This document shows, piece after piece, positions 8,997-18,020 of a DNA stretch of 47,473 nt. How positions within the stretch are numbered: position 1 is the stretch's first letter; every line of letters starts with the position of its first letter. Source of the DNA: a virus (lineage: Duplodnaviria; Heunggongvirae; Uroviricota; Caudoviricetes). Below the pieces are notes generated by a model. The model was not told the DNA's origin. It was given only the letters and a program-made list of their open reading frames with translations, and did no database searches. The stretch lies in the IMG/VR virus record IMGVR_UViG_3300031134_000639, one strand, 5' to 3'. The translations under genes and the position numbers were made by a program.

Positions 8997-9928
8997 TGTG
9001 TAGACCTAAAGAGCTTGGTGGTAGACGCTGCCCTCAGCACACTGACCCTGTGAAACACGCTGCCTACAACGCCCGACGACGCGAACTGTACGCGGCTCAG
9101 AAGCAGGAGAATCAGAAGCCTGAAATTATTTTCCCAGAACTTAGCTTCCTGAGACCATTCTTCACTCTAGAATCAGGAGTAGGACTAGAATACTCAAAGC
9201 AATCAGCTGAGTTCCTTAACACCCTTGACCCAGACTTTGATATAAGCAACTGGGAAGAAAACTATGGTGAGGATGTTTGGGAGGAACGCTTCCCCGACTT
9301 TGGTGAGATGGATGAACGCAAGAGTGTTGAATACTACACTGAGATGGGTCACTATTACATGGGACAGTACTTACAGGATGAAGCCACTGACGGTGAGTTC
9401 TCTGACTTCAAGTATGAGGGTAAACCCTTACACCGTCAGTATGTTATGGATGCTGTCGCTAAAGTAGACTCCGCTTTAGCTAAATCCGATAAGCCTGACT
9501 CAGCTAGAATGCTTTACCGTGGAATGAAAGTTCCCTCCGAAGTACCTTTAGATGAGGTTCCCTCCTGGCTTGCTGAACGTTTCCCTGTTGACGGTGTTGT
9601 GTCGCAGCCAAACTTCATGTCTACTACTTTGAACCCTAAAGTAGCTTCATGGTTCTTCGCTATGGGAAAAGACTCCACTACAAGCCCCGAGAGGGCCGTC
9701 ATCTTTGAGATTATTAGTAAGCAGGGTGCTCCGCTTGGAAGAGGCACTTCCTGTCACGGGTTAGCTGAAGCTGAAGTCCTTCTGCCAAGAGATGCTAAGC
9801 TGAAGGTTGTTTCAGTTGATGAAGGTGCCCCTTTCAAATATGCCACAACAAACGGTGTAGCCGGTGGCCGAAGGACCATTATTCGTATGACTGATGTTGA
9901 AGAAGGAACAGATAATGTGCAGAAATAA
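8996..9928 (+). CDS. ART10: tagged mono-ADP-ribosyltransferase
   Basis: Tag; LYRG, FMSTT, AEAEVLL. Confidence 0.9.
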   Translation: MCRPKELGGRRCPQHTDPVKHAAYNARRRELYAAQKQENQKPEIIFPELSFLRPFFTLESGVGLEYSKQSAEFLNTLDPDFDISNWEENYGEDVWEERFPDFGEMDERKSVEYYTEMGHYYMGQYLQDEATDGEFSDFKYEGKPLHRQYVMDAVAKVDSALAKSDKPDSARMLYRGMKVPSEVPLDEVPSWLAERFPVDGVVSQPNFMSTTLNPKVASWFFAMGKDSTTSPERAVIFEIISKQGAPLGRGTSCHGLAEAEVLLPRDAKLKVVSVDEGAPFKYATTNGVAGGRRTIIRMTDVEEGTDNVQK

Positions 9929-10796
9929 AGAGTCAGGTGGGCGTCGTTGCCCGTCTCATAGCAACCCTGAGTACAGGGCAAGCCTGAATGCTAAGCGTCG
10001 TGAAAAGTATGCTGCCAATAAAGTATTGGTACCTACTACACCTTCTCCTTTCGCGCCCATCAGCGAGAGACGCCTGCTACCTGGTATCGAAGATACAATG
10101 GCTTTCCACAAACAGTCAGACTATCTAAGAGACAACCTTGACTTCCAGCCAGAAGACTGGGAAGAGCATAAAGAAGACGAAGACAACTGGGCACCAGACA
10201 TACTCATGACAGACGCTATTCTCTACTACACTGGGGAAGGCTCTGATGCAATCAAATATCATCTAGACAACGTTGAAACCTCCCTCTCCGGTGGTGACCT
10301 TCACCAGCAAGCCATCGTAGCTAACCTTGACTCCGTCTTTGCTTTGATGCCTGAGCTAGAGGAACCAAGAACAGTGTACCGAGGTATGAAGATACCTTCC
10401 TCTGTAGGAAAAGGTGATGAGAAAGAGCAAGAACAGGCCGTCTCAGAGTGGCTGGATAAAAACTTCCCTGTAGGCAGCGTAGTCAGTCAGAAGAACTATA
10501 TGTCTACCACGTTAGAACCAAACATTGCAATCGGTTTCGCTGAAAGCTTTGACCGTGACGCTAACCTTCACTGTGTAGTGTTTGAGATAAACTCCAAACA
10601 GGGTGTCGCTGTAGGAGAAGGAGTATCCTACCAAGACTTTTATGAAAAAGAAGTGTTGATGCCCCGTCAGGCAAGGTTCAAGGTTGCGCAAGTTTACAAG
10701 GGGACTGACTTCCATTATGAGGCCTCAGGCAGACGAGAGGCGTCAACGAACCTGACAGTGATTCAGCTGGTCGATGCAGATGAGGACAACAGCTAA
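9915..10796 (+). CDS. ART11: tagged mono-ADP-ribosyltransferase
   Basis: Start moved to ATG 9915 (MCRNKESGGRRCPSH); VYRG, YMSTT, YEKEVLM. Confidence 0.9.
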   Translation: MCRNKESGGRRCPSHSNPEYRASLNAKRREKYAANKVLVPTTPSPFAPISERRLLPGIEDTMAFHKQSDYLRDNLDFQPEDWEEHKEDEDNWAPDILMTDAILYYTGEGSDAIKYHLDNVETSLSGGDLHQQAIVANLDSVFALMPELEEPRTVYRGMKIPSSVGKGDEKEQEQAVSEWLDKNFPVGSVVSQKNYMSTTLEPNIAIGFAESFDRDANLHCVVFEINSKQGVAVGEGVSYQDFYEKEVLMPRQARFKVAQVYKGTDFHYEASGRREASTNLTVIQLVDADEDNS

Positions 10797-11707
10797 TGTG
10801 CCGGACTAAAGAACTGGGTGGTAGACGCTGTCCACAGCATACTGATCCTGTGAAGCACGCAGCATATAATGCCCGTCGTCGTGAGCTTTATGCTGCCAAG
10901 AAGAAACCTAAAGCGGATGCTCTCCCAGCACAGTTTCCTGTTCTAGATGCCTTGCGGGTATACCCGGGAACGGATGAATACAATGCTTACCACACTTCAG
11001 CTGTTGAGTTGGCAAAGAAGTATATCCCTGGGTACGACGAAACACGTGCTTCAAGTGAATATTATTCTGCTGACATAGGAACTGATGAATATTCTCCACT
11101 TAACGCAGTCATGTTGTATACGTCTCATCTTCACAGGTTCATTAAAGCGTTCCTTCATGGTGAGAATCCAGAGGATTCCAAATTTGACTTCTTTGATAAA
11201 CCCGCCGCGTGGTATAAGCAGAACATTGATGCTTTAGACGAATTCATAAGTAATGCAGATGAGCCTAATGAGCCTCGCATGCTTTACCGTGGGTTGAAAC
11301 TACCTCAGATGGAAAGTGGTGAAGTAGATTCATATCTGGAAGAGCATTTCCCAGTGGGAGGTGTTATCAGTCAGAAAAACTATATGTCCACAAGTTTAAA
11401 TGCTGACGTTGGCTATGGTGGTTTTAGTGACGCTGTAGACAAGGAAAAATTCGCTGTTGACCCTAAGAGAAGTATTGTGTTTGAGATTGTCTCCAAACAA
11501 GGTGCTCCACTAACTTATGGTACTTCAACCTATGGAGAAGATGAGACAGAAGTTTTGATGCCAAGAGATGCCAAATTTAAGGTTCTATCTGTTCATAAAG
11601 AACAACCTGTTACCTATTATGGTAACCCCAGATTCTCTGCTTTCACTGAACAGCAGACAACTAAAACTATCATCCGACTTGTGGATGCTGAAGGAGATGA
11701 AAACTGA
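10796..11707 (+). CDS. ART12: tagged mono-ADP-ribosyltransferase
   Basis: Tag; LYRG, YMSTS, DETEVLM. Confidence 0.9.
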   Translation: MCRTKELGGRRCPQHTDPVKHAAYNARRRELYAAKKKPKADALPAQFPVLDALRVYPGTDEYNAYHTSAVELAKKYIPGYDETRASSEYYSADIGTDEYSPLNAVMLYTSHLHRFIKAFLHGENPEDSKFDFFDKPAAWYKQNIDALDEFISNADEPNEPRMLYRGLKLPQMESGEVDSYLEEHFPVGGVISQKNYMSTSLNADVGYGGFSDAVDKEKFAVDPKRSIVFEIVSKQGAPLTYGTSTYGEDETEVLMPRDAKFKVLSVHKEQPVTYYGNPRFSAFTEQQTTKTIIRLVDAEGDEN

Positions 11708-12609
11708 TGTGTCGCAGTAAAGAACTCGGTGGCAGACGGTGCTCAAGCGCTCACGACCCTGAGAAGGTAGCTTCCTACAACGCACGGAGAAGAGAGAAGT
11801 ATGCTCTGACGAAAGTTATTTCTCCTGAGACAGCTGCTTTGTTCGCTCCTCTTCATGAAGTTCATCATCTCACTAAAGACATGGAGAGAAAGCATTGGTC
11901 TGAGGCAGGTGAGTTTGCTGGGAAAGCCAACAAGCTTGCTCTCTGGGACAAGTGGACTATGCCTATCCATTTTGATAACTTAGAGTATGGCGATCCTATG
12001 CAGCCCGAGAATATTCTTCCCTACTACACAGAAGGTGGTTACGAAAAAATATCTAACCACCTCAACGGATTCCGTATGGATGAGAACGACCCTGAACGCC
12101 TAGCACATAATCACACTCCTGAGCAAACAGCTTGGCTAGCAGACGTTGTAACTAAAATGGATGGCCTGCTAGAAAAAGCTACTCCACCTGAGGAACCACG
12201 TGTGTTGTACCGTGGTATGGCAATAAAATATACTGTGAAGAAAAAGGATGTAAGAAATTGGGTTGCCGAGAACTTCCCTGTCGGCGGTGTCATCAGTCAA
12301 AAGTCATACATGTCAACAACTTTGAGTGCTGGTACGGCAAGCAGAAAGTTTGCTTACAGTATAGACCCAACAAGTGATCGTTCGGTAATTATGGAGTTCG
12401 TTACTAAGCAGGGTGCTCCGTTGGGTGAAACAACCTCTTTTCTTGGACAAACAGAGAACGAAGTGCTGATGCCTCGTGAAGCTAAGTTCAAAGTGGTCTC
12501 AGTTAACTATGGCGTACCCTACAAGGTGGGAGCAAACTTTTACACCACGGATAAAGTCTCTGAAGGTAAACGAACTGTCATCCGTCTTGTGGATGCTTCC
12601 GAAGACTAA
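11707..12609 (+). CDS. ART13: tagged mono-ADP-ribosyltransferase
   Basis: Tag MCRSKELGGRRCSSAH; LYRG, YMSTT, TENEVLM. Confidence 0.9.
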   Translation: MCRSKELGGRRCSSAHDPEKVASYNARRREKYALTKVISPETAALFAPLHEVHHLTKDMERKHWSEAGEFAGKANKLALWDKWTMPIHFDNLEYGDPMQPENILPYYTEGGYEKISNHLNGFRMDENDPERLAHNHTPEQTAWLADVVTKMDGLLEKATPPEEPRVLYRGMAIKYTVKKKDVRNWVAENFPVGGVISQKSYMSTTLSAGTASRKFAYSIDPTSDRSVIMEFVTKQGAPLGETTSFLGQTENEVLMPREAKFKVVSVNYGVPYKVGANFYTTDKVSEGKRTVIRLVDASED

Positions 12610-13208
12610 AGGTTCTCAGTCGGGCCTGCTAGAGAAGCAATTGAGTGGACTGTCAGACAAGACTCTGGCATATATTTTGGGCGCTTGAACTTGTCAACCA
12701 CATCTTGAGCGTACACGGGTGTGAACCCTGTGTTGGCAGAGTGCGCACGGCATGACTGCCTCGTGCTGCCTTGCTTGTTTCGGGAAAACATGATGGAAGC
12801 CTTTTTGCAGCCTTTCGTCCAGCATTTGTTCAGATAAATGTCAGTGACAATAGCGTTACCTCCACGATACAGGCCATACTGTCCTACTGAGCCGAAAGTG
12901 TAGTCTTTCACATACCCGCCGTCTAAAATAACTCCGAGGGTTACTTCTTTCCTGGACTCAGGAGGTAACTTTTCATCTATCACCTTGAAGCCGCACCAGC
13001 ATCTGTAATCCCAAGGCTGACCGTTCTTGTGCTCATGAGATTTAGCATTGTCAACTGAGCCTAGTACACCATACTGTTCGTCGTGCTTGGATAGAGCAAA
13101 AGAGTACTCATCTGCTTCTGCATCATACAGGAGGATAGCATCAATGTAACCCGAGCAGGATTCAAGATTTTTGACGGTACTAGGTTCAGTCCTTCTGAAG
13201 AGACCCAT
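12606..13208 (-). CDS. Hypothetical Cys/His-rich protein, HxNxQxWD family member 1
   Basis: HKNGQPWDYRCWCGF ... CWTKGC ... CRAH, shared with the ORFs at 13212, 15902 and 18021. Confidence 0.7.
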   Translation of the reverse strand: MGLFRRTEPSTVKNLESCSGYIDAILLYDAEADEYSFALSKHDEQYGVLGSVDNAKSHEHKNGQPWDYRCWCGFKVIDEKLPPESRKEVTLGVILDGGYVKDYTFGSVGQYGLYRGGNAIVTDIYLNKCWTKGCKKASIMFSRNKQGSTRQSCRAHSANTGFTPVYAQDVVDKFKRPKYMPESCLTVHSIASLAGPTENL

Positions 13209-13211
13209 TAG

Positions 13212-13871
13212 CTACTTTTCATTCCTGATGCGGTCAATGTCTTTCCTGGAAGCAATGACACGACCGAAGGGGTAAACAAACTTGGGTTTAGCATGGTTTT
13301 CATTCGCAGGAGCAACAAAAGCATCTTCAGCTTCAGCATAAGAGTAAAAACGTGTGAACGCGCCCTCCTGCAAACTTTTCAGATGATTCAGGCAGGTGGG
13401 AAGAATTCTTCCCAGAGTGTCTTCTGTAAGGCAAGCACAAAGCTCCTCACATTTTTCTGCTACACATAGGCCAACCCGAATTGTCTGTAACTTCTGAGTC
13501 TTTCCTCTTATATTAGACTGATCGTATGGTTCGTATGCTTTGTTTTTACAGTGACCATTGAGTAGAATAAAATCACCCATCAAACTGCTGGATCTGGAGC
13601 TATTGAAGCCCACATTAGTCCCTAGCACGAAACCACACTTTAGCTTACACTTAGGATCCCAAGATTGACTGTTTCGGTGGTTTGTCTCATTGAGACAATC
13701 AACAGTATCAGCTATGAAAGTGACGTAATCAGTCATCCCATGCGTTTTGATTAGGATGCCTTTGCCATCAATGTTAGCCAACTCAATAGTCCTCGAACCT
13801 TTCACTTCCTGCTGCGCTGCAAGAATTGCCAAAGTCTTCTTCGTCATTTTCTGAGTTGTAACAATAGTCAT
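13212..13871 (-). CDS. Hypothetical Cys/His-rich protein, HxNxQxWD family member 2
   Basis: HRNSQSWDPKCKLKCGF ... GKT ... CVAEKC ... CLNH. Confidence 0.7.
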   Translation of the reverse strand: MTIVTTQKMTKKTLAILAAQQEVKGSRTIELANIDGKGILIKTHGMTDYVTFIADTVDCLNETNHRNSQSWDPKCKLKCGFVLGTNVGFNSSRSSSLMGDFILLNGHCKNKAYEPYDQSNIRGKTQKLQTIRVGLCVAEKCEELCACLTEDTLGRILPTCLNHLKSLQEGAFTRFYSYAEAEDAFVAPANENHAKPKFVYPFGRVIASRKDIDRIRNEK

Positions 13872-13877
13872 GGTGCA

Positions 13878-13888
13878 AGTATATCACA
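13878..13888 (-). promoter_or_regulatory. Extended -10 promoter TGTGA-TATACT; leaderless (ATG 6 nt downstream)
   Basis: Minus strand reads TGTGATATACT-tgcacc-ATG. Confidence 0.6.
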
Positions 13889-13934
13889 GAACCAAGCCAA
13901 AAAAGTTTCAGTTTTCGTACGTTAGGTATATGCT

Positions 13935-14759
13935 ATGAACACTTCCGTGCGCAAATGTCAGGCTAAGGACCCAAGCAAATGCTTTGACCCGAACTGCCCA
14001 GAGAAACGTGGTGTCCAGAATGCTTTCAAGCTTGCTATAGCGAACAATGACTTCAGCGCTTACGTGACAGCGAAAGAGCAGGAGTCTAAGCTCACTCCTG
14101 TGTCACTCTCTGAAGTGTGGGACAAGACAAAAGAGTACCCGTGGCTTACAGTAAACAACAAGGATACAGGTGAAACCATAAGTGTTCCTGTCTTGCCTGA
14201 ACGCAAAACATATGATGCTGACACAAATACTCCGCTTAAGTTTGACTCTCTAGAAGACATTAAAGCTCGCTACCCTTATGGTAAAGACATATACGTTAGC
14301 GTCAAAGACTATGCTCACCGTTCCGGCAAAAATAAGCTTCCACCAGGTTTTCTTCTAGCAGACATTTATGTTTCCCCAGCCTTAAGAGGCCAGGGCGCAG
14401 GTCAGCACGTGATGACAGGGATAACTGATTACGCTGACCAGAATAATTTGTCCATTGAACTCATTGCCACAGAAGCTGGTGATGGCACTACAAAGCTTGA
14501 CCAACCTGGGCATAGGGAAGCAGCTATCGCTCACCAGAAACGTTTAGGTAAATTCTATGAGAGAAACGGTTTCATCAAAAACCCGTTCTACCAGCCTTAC
14601 TCTTATGTTGACTATTTAACTCAGGAGCCTCGTCCCATAGATCGTGAAGCTCAATCTAAGTACACTGCTAAAGGTGCTGAAGTCATGTCCCAGCATGCTG
14701 AATACATCCGTTTCCCTAAAGGCAAAGCTACCAAAGGGTGGATGAAAAGCATTTCCTGA
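13935..14759 (+). CDS. GNAT acetyltransferase with an N-terminal Cys-rich extension
   Basis: N-terminus RKCQAKDPSKCFDPNCPEKR; GNAT motif A LADIYVSPALRGQGAGQHVM and LGKFYERNGF. Confidence 0.75.
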   Translation: MNTSVRKCQAKDPSKCFDPNCPEKRGVQNAFKLAIANNDFSAYVTAKEQESKLTPVSLSEVWDKTKEYPWLTVNNKDTGETISVPVLPERKTYDADTNTPLKFDSLEDIKARYPYGKDIYVSVKDYAHRSGKNKLPPGFLLADIYVSPALRGQGAGQHVMTGITDYADQNNLSIELIATEAGDGTTKLDQPGHREAAIAHQKRLGKFYERNGFIKNPFYQPYSYVDYLTQEPRPIDREAQSKYTAKGAEVMSQHAEYIRFPKGKATKGWMKSIS

Positions 14760-14800
14760 TAACATATGATAAAGCTCTGTGAAAGCATAATATAACATCC

Positions 14801-14806
14801 CCGATA
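14801..14806 (+). promoter_or_regulatory. CCGATA motif upstream of the tandem pilin genes
   Basis: acatccCCGATActaa in the short gap before the pilin SD and ATG. Confidence 0.5.
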
Positions 14807-14828
14807 CTAAAAGTTGAAGGGAAAGTTA

Positions 14829-15362
14829 ATGTTCAAACTGATTGAAAAGTTCCGTAGAGATGAGTCTGGTTTTACTCTCATTGAGCTTCTTGTTGTGATC
14901 CTCATTATTGGCATCCTTGCTGCTATCGCAGTTCCCGTGTTCTTGAACCAACAAAAAGCAGCGCAGAGGGCACATGCTAAGTCTGATTTAAGGCAAATTC
15001 GTGACTCCATTGAGATGGCTCGCCTGAAAACAGGTTTGCCTTTGCGTGCTATCACAGGTCAGAACTGCACCAGCTGTTACTTTGAAGACGTCGACCCTCT
15101 TACAGTTCCGAAGACTGACTCAAGATGGCAACGTTACTTCACTGCTATGGAGAAGATCTCTCTTGCAGCGGACACTGATATTACAAGGCTTCTAGATGCC
15201 AACGGTCGTCCATATATCATGGATGAGAACGAAGGCGAAAACGGTGGGTGCTCCAGAGACTACATTGGAACCTACCAGACCCCGTTCGCTGGTCGTGTGA
15301 CAGTCAACATGATCAACTTGACGTACGTCACATATGATTGTATCAACCGAGTTGGTAACTAA
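14829..15362 (+). CDS. Type IV pilin-like protein 1 (prepilin N-methylation motif)
   Basis: MFKLIEKFRRDESG|FTLIELLVVILIIGILAAIAVPVFLNQQK class III signal with E5; SD before ATG 14829; four Cys in the globular domain. Confidence 0.9.
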   Translation: MFKLIEKFRRDESGFTLIELLVVILIIGILAAIAVPVFLNQQKAAQRAHAKSDLRQIRDSIEMARLKTGLPLRAITGQNCTSCYFEDVDPLTVPKTDSRWQRYFTAMEKISLAADTDITRLLDANGRPYIMDENEGENGGCSRDYIGTYQTPFAGRVTVNMINLTYVTYDCINRVGN

Positions 15363-15397
15363 CCTACCCGCTACTTTATTGTACAAGGAGAACAAAA

Positions 15398-15883
15398 GTG
15401 TTCAAATTAATGGAAAAATTTCGTAAAGACGAGTCAGGATTCACTCTCATTGAGTTGCTTGTTGTCATCTTGATTATTGGTGTGCTCGCAGCTATTGCCG
15501 TGCCTGTGTTTTTGAACCAGCAGAAAGCAGCTGTTGACGCAAAGACTCTCACTGACGTTCGTACAGCTACAGTAGTTGCTCAGACTTGGGCAGCGAATAA
15601 CCCTAACGCAACAAAGTTTCCTACCCCAACCACACCAGGCCGTTTTGACACTAATCAAAAGTTCAGTGACGGAAGTAAAGTTCAGGTCATAGGTACCCCA
15701 CAGGATTACTGTATCAAAGCATACAATCCTGACGGTAAACGCTACATCAGTGTAGAAACACCTTACGCCATCTTCGTATCCGCAACAGGTAGAACTGGTT
15801 CAACTTCTAACCTTGGTAGCGCCGGAACAAACACCTGCTACACCGCTGACCGAGGTAACATTACTTACTACGACTTCCAGTAA
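15398..15883 (+). CDS. Type IV pilin-like protein 2
   Basis: G|FTLIELLVVILIIGVLAAIAVPVFLNQQKAA; SD AAGGAG; N-terminus nearly identical to pilin 1, C-terminal domain unrelated. Confidence 0.9.
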   Translation: MFKLMEKFRKDESGFTLIELLVVILIIGVLAAIAVPVFLNQQKAAVDAKTLTDVRTATVVAQTWAANNPNATKFPTPTTPGRFDTNQKFSDGSKVQVIGTPQDYCIKAYNPDGKRYISVETPYAIFVSATGRTGSTSNLGSAGTNTCYTADRGNITYYDFQ

Positions 15884-15901
15884 GCCACTAGCTAATTGTA
15901 C

Positions 15902-16648
15902 TCAGACAAAGTATTTATCTGAGGTTTGCTTAGCAAACCTGGAAAAGAGAGGTGTGTTCTCATACTTTGAGTTTTTTAGCTCTTTTAGAGTAGGTGCTGG
16001 CTGTCCATTCACGTCAACGAAGTCAGGTTTGGGTGTTAGACCATGTGATGGGTCTTCGAGCATTTTGCTAACTTTGTCTCCAGAATAGAATTCATCAAAT
16101 ATTTTCACTCCAGGCCTAAGGTAATGGTTTTCGCAGATAGGGTAGAGCCTATTACTCGCAGAAGACGTGGTGAATACAACTCCATCCTCCTCGCACCCAG
16201 TGAGATAGCACTCAGGAATGATTAGTTTAGTAATCGTTTGTGTTTTACCAATGATGTTGGTGCCATCTGTGGTGTACCCGTTTGATATTTTTACTTCAGC
16301 TAGAATGTTCGTAGGATAGTTATAGAGGTAACTGTCTGTTGGTTTTGACTTGTAACCGAAAAATCCACAGTGTTTTTCACAGGTGGCATCCCACTGCTGT
16401 AAGTTTTTATGGTTGTGCTCGTTGGGACACTGGTTGGTGTCAGCTATGAAAGTTGACTTGTTCTTATTTGCTCGGACATTGCCATAATGCGCCCATGACA
16501 CATCTACATCAGCTACATCAGGCCAGCATGCTTCAAAATGTATTGTGCCGCCAACACGATGCAGTGAGAAGTGCTTATAAGCCGTTATCTCCCCATCAGG
16601 TGAAATAACCCAGCTGCCTTTCTTGGGTTTGAGCTTAAATAGTCTCAT
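15902..16648 (-). CDS. Hypothetical Cys/His-rich protein, HxNxQxWD family member 3
   Basis: HKNLQQWDATCEKHCGF ... SNGY ... GKT ... CYLTGC ... CENH. Confidence 0.7.
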   Translation of the reverse strand: MRLFKLKPKKGSWVISPDGEITAYKHFSLHRVGGTIHFEACWPDVADVDVSWAHYGNVRANKNKSTFIADTNQCPNEHNHKNLQQWDATCEKHCGFFGYKSKPTDSYLYNYPTNILAEVKISNGYTTDGTNIIGKTQTITKLIIPECYLTGCEEDGVVFTTSSASNRLYPICENHYLRPGVKIFDEFYSGDKVSKMLEDPSHGLTPKPDFVDVNGQPAPTLKELKNSKYENTPLFSRFAKQTSDKYFV

Positions 16649-17162
16649 GCGCCACGTTCTTCCATTTGTTAACGAAAGCCTGCATCTGCGTTAGATGCGC
16701 TTGGGTGACACCTGTCATGTCGTTTGTCGTGATCACAAGTGCATCCTCTAGGTTGAACAAGCCTGCGAAGTCTTCTTCTGTTACAGTTCGCGTTGCAATA
16801 TCATCCACCCAGATGAAAGGTCCAGGGTTGACCTCAAGGAAGCTTACAAGTGCTCGCTTCTTAGAGATTTCATCTTTCTCATGAAGGTGCTTGTCCCATT
16901 GTATTGAGCTTTTTGAGTCTAGCTCCCACAGTGGGTCAAGAGTCTCCGGAGCGTTGTCTAGCCAGCCGGTCAGCCAGTGCAGTTCAACTTCTGGTTGACG
17001 CATGAACGCGGTTACAGACTCGTTCCAGTGGAGAGTTGTAGGGATAAGATGCACTCTGCCGTCAGGGTTGACATGTTTGTAACCTACCTTGGCTGAGCTA
17101 GTGTGCTGGAGGGAGTAAATGTTGACGACGCCATCAACGTCGGAGATGAGCTTCACCTTCAT
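16635..17162 (-). CDS. HAD-superfamily phosphatase (Swiss-army-knife RNA-repair-like HAD domain)
   Basis: Motif I LISDVDGVVN, motif II WLTGW, motif IV FIWVDD. Confidence 0.7.
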   Translation of the reverse strand: MKVKLISDVDGVVNIYSLQHTSSAKVGYKHVNPDGRVHLIPTTLHWNESVTAFMRQPEVELHWLTGWLDNAPETLDPLWELDSKSSIQWDKHLHEKDEISKKRALVSFLEVNPGPFIWVDDIATRTVTEEDFAGLFNLEDALVITTNDMTGVTQAHLTQMQAFVNKWKNVAHETI

Positions 17163-17193
17163 AATTTACACCTTTCCTTTTTGAGTATCCTCT

Positions 17194-17202
17194 AGTATAC
17201 CA
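17194..17202 (-). promoter_or_regulatory. Extended -10 promoter TGG-TATACT
   Basis: Minus strand TATGGTATACT upstream of the SD and ATG of the HAD gene. Confidence 0.55.
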
Positions 17203-17341
17203 TAAAGTCTTACCTATTTCATAGGAGCGCTGTAAGCCCCTGTGAGGCTCTAAGCTCCAGAAGGCTCTACGTGTGTGAAAGAGTTGCTTAGATGGCTCTG
17301 CGAGCCTGTGATGGCCGCTGAGGAGGGTTTCTGGGTAAAGA

Positions 17342-17381
17342 AGTGGGACCAGGTGAGAATCTACTTTCACCTGGTCCCACT
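17342..17381. terminator. Inverted repeat (15-bp perfect arms), probable terminator after yceI
   Basis: agtgggaccaggtga / tcacctggtcccact with a 10-nt centre. Confidence 0.7.
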
Positions 17382-17388
17382 AGAAAAA

Positions 17389-17931
17389 TTATGACTGTAG
17401 AACAGCCTGAATATCTAGAGTGAGTGTCACATCATCGGAGACCAACACTCCACCTTTCTCTAAGGCACTGTTCCATGTTAAACCGTGTGCTCCACGGGAG
17501 AGTTTACCTTTTAGCTCAGCGGCAGCTTTAGTTTGACCGTACCCGTCAACGGTGACACCGCCGAACTCGCCTTTAAGAGTAATTGGCTGGCTCACGCCAT
17601 GGATGGTGATTGTTCCCTCAAGAGTGAAGTCATCTCCACCGTCTGCTGTGATTTTAGTTGAAACGAAGTCAATGGTTGGGTAGTTCTCTGCATCAAAGAA
17701 GTCGCCTGACTGAAGGTGACCGTCACGACCAGAATCGTTTGTGTCAACAGAGGCTACGTTGATCTTACCGCTTACCTGACCTTCAAGAGGATTCTCGCCT
17801 GTAATGAAGGTTCCTTCAAAGTCCTTGAAGCGGCCTTTAACTTTTGAGATCATGAGGTGCTTGACTGAGAAGCCTACCTCAGAGTGTGTTGCGTCTACCT
17901 GCCATGTGCCTGCGGGGATGTTGTTAACCAT
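17389..17931 (-). CDS. yceI: YceI family (polyisoprenoid/lipid-binding) protein
   Basis: GTWQVDATHSEVGFSVKHLMISKVKGRF, VASVDTNDSGRDGHLQSGDFFD and LEGTITIHGV are typical YceI segments. Confidence 0.9.
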   Translation of the reverse strand: MVNNIPAGTWQVDATHSEVGFSVKHLMISKVKGRFKDFEGTFITGENPLEGQVSGKINVASVDTNDSGRDGHLQSGDFFDAENYPTIDFVSTKITADGGDDFTLEGTITIHGVSQPITLKGEFGGVTVDGYGQTKAAAELKGKLSRGAHGLTWNSALEKGGVLVSDDVTLTLDIQAVLQS

Positions 17932-18020
17932 TTGTATTATCCTTTCGTTTAATGAATACAGGAATATACAAACGCATGCATCTCAGGTTTATTCCGCACG
18001 CCCGAAAAGCATGTGTCAGC

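Larger units (their letters stand above)
84..12609 (+). repeat. Tandem array 1 of tagged ADP-ribosyltransferase paralogs (13 genes, interrupted once by an inverted GNAT segment)
   Basis: 13 ORFs of 277-310 aa, all starting MCR..GGRRC and carrying [LV]YRG, [YF]xST[ST] and ExE motifs; most overlap their neighbour or are separated by a short gap. Confidence 0.95.
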
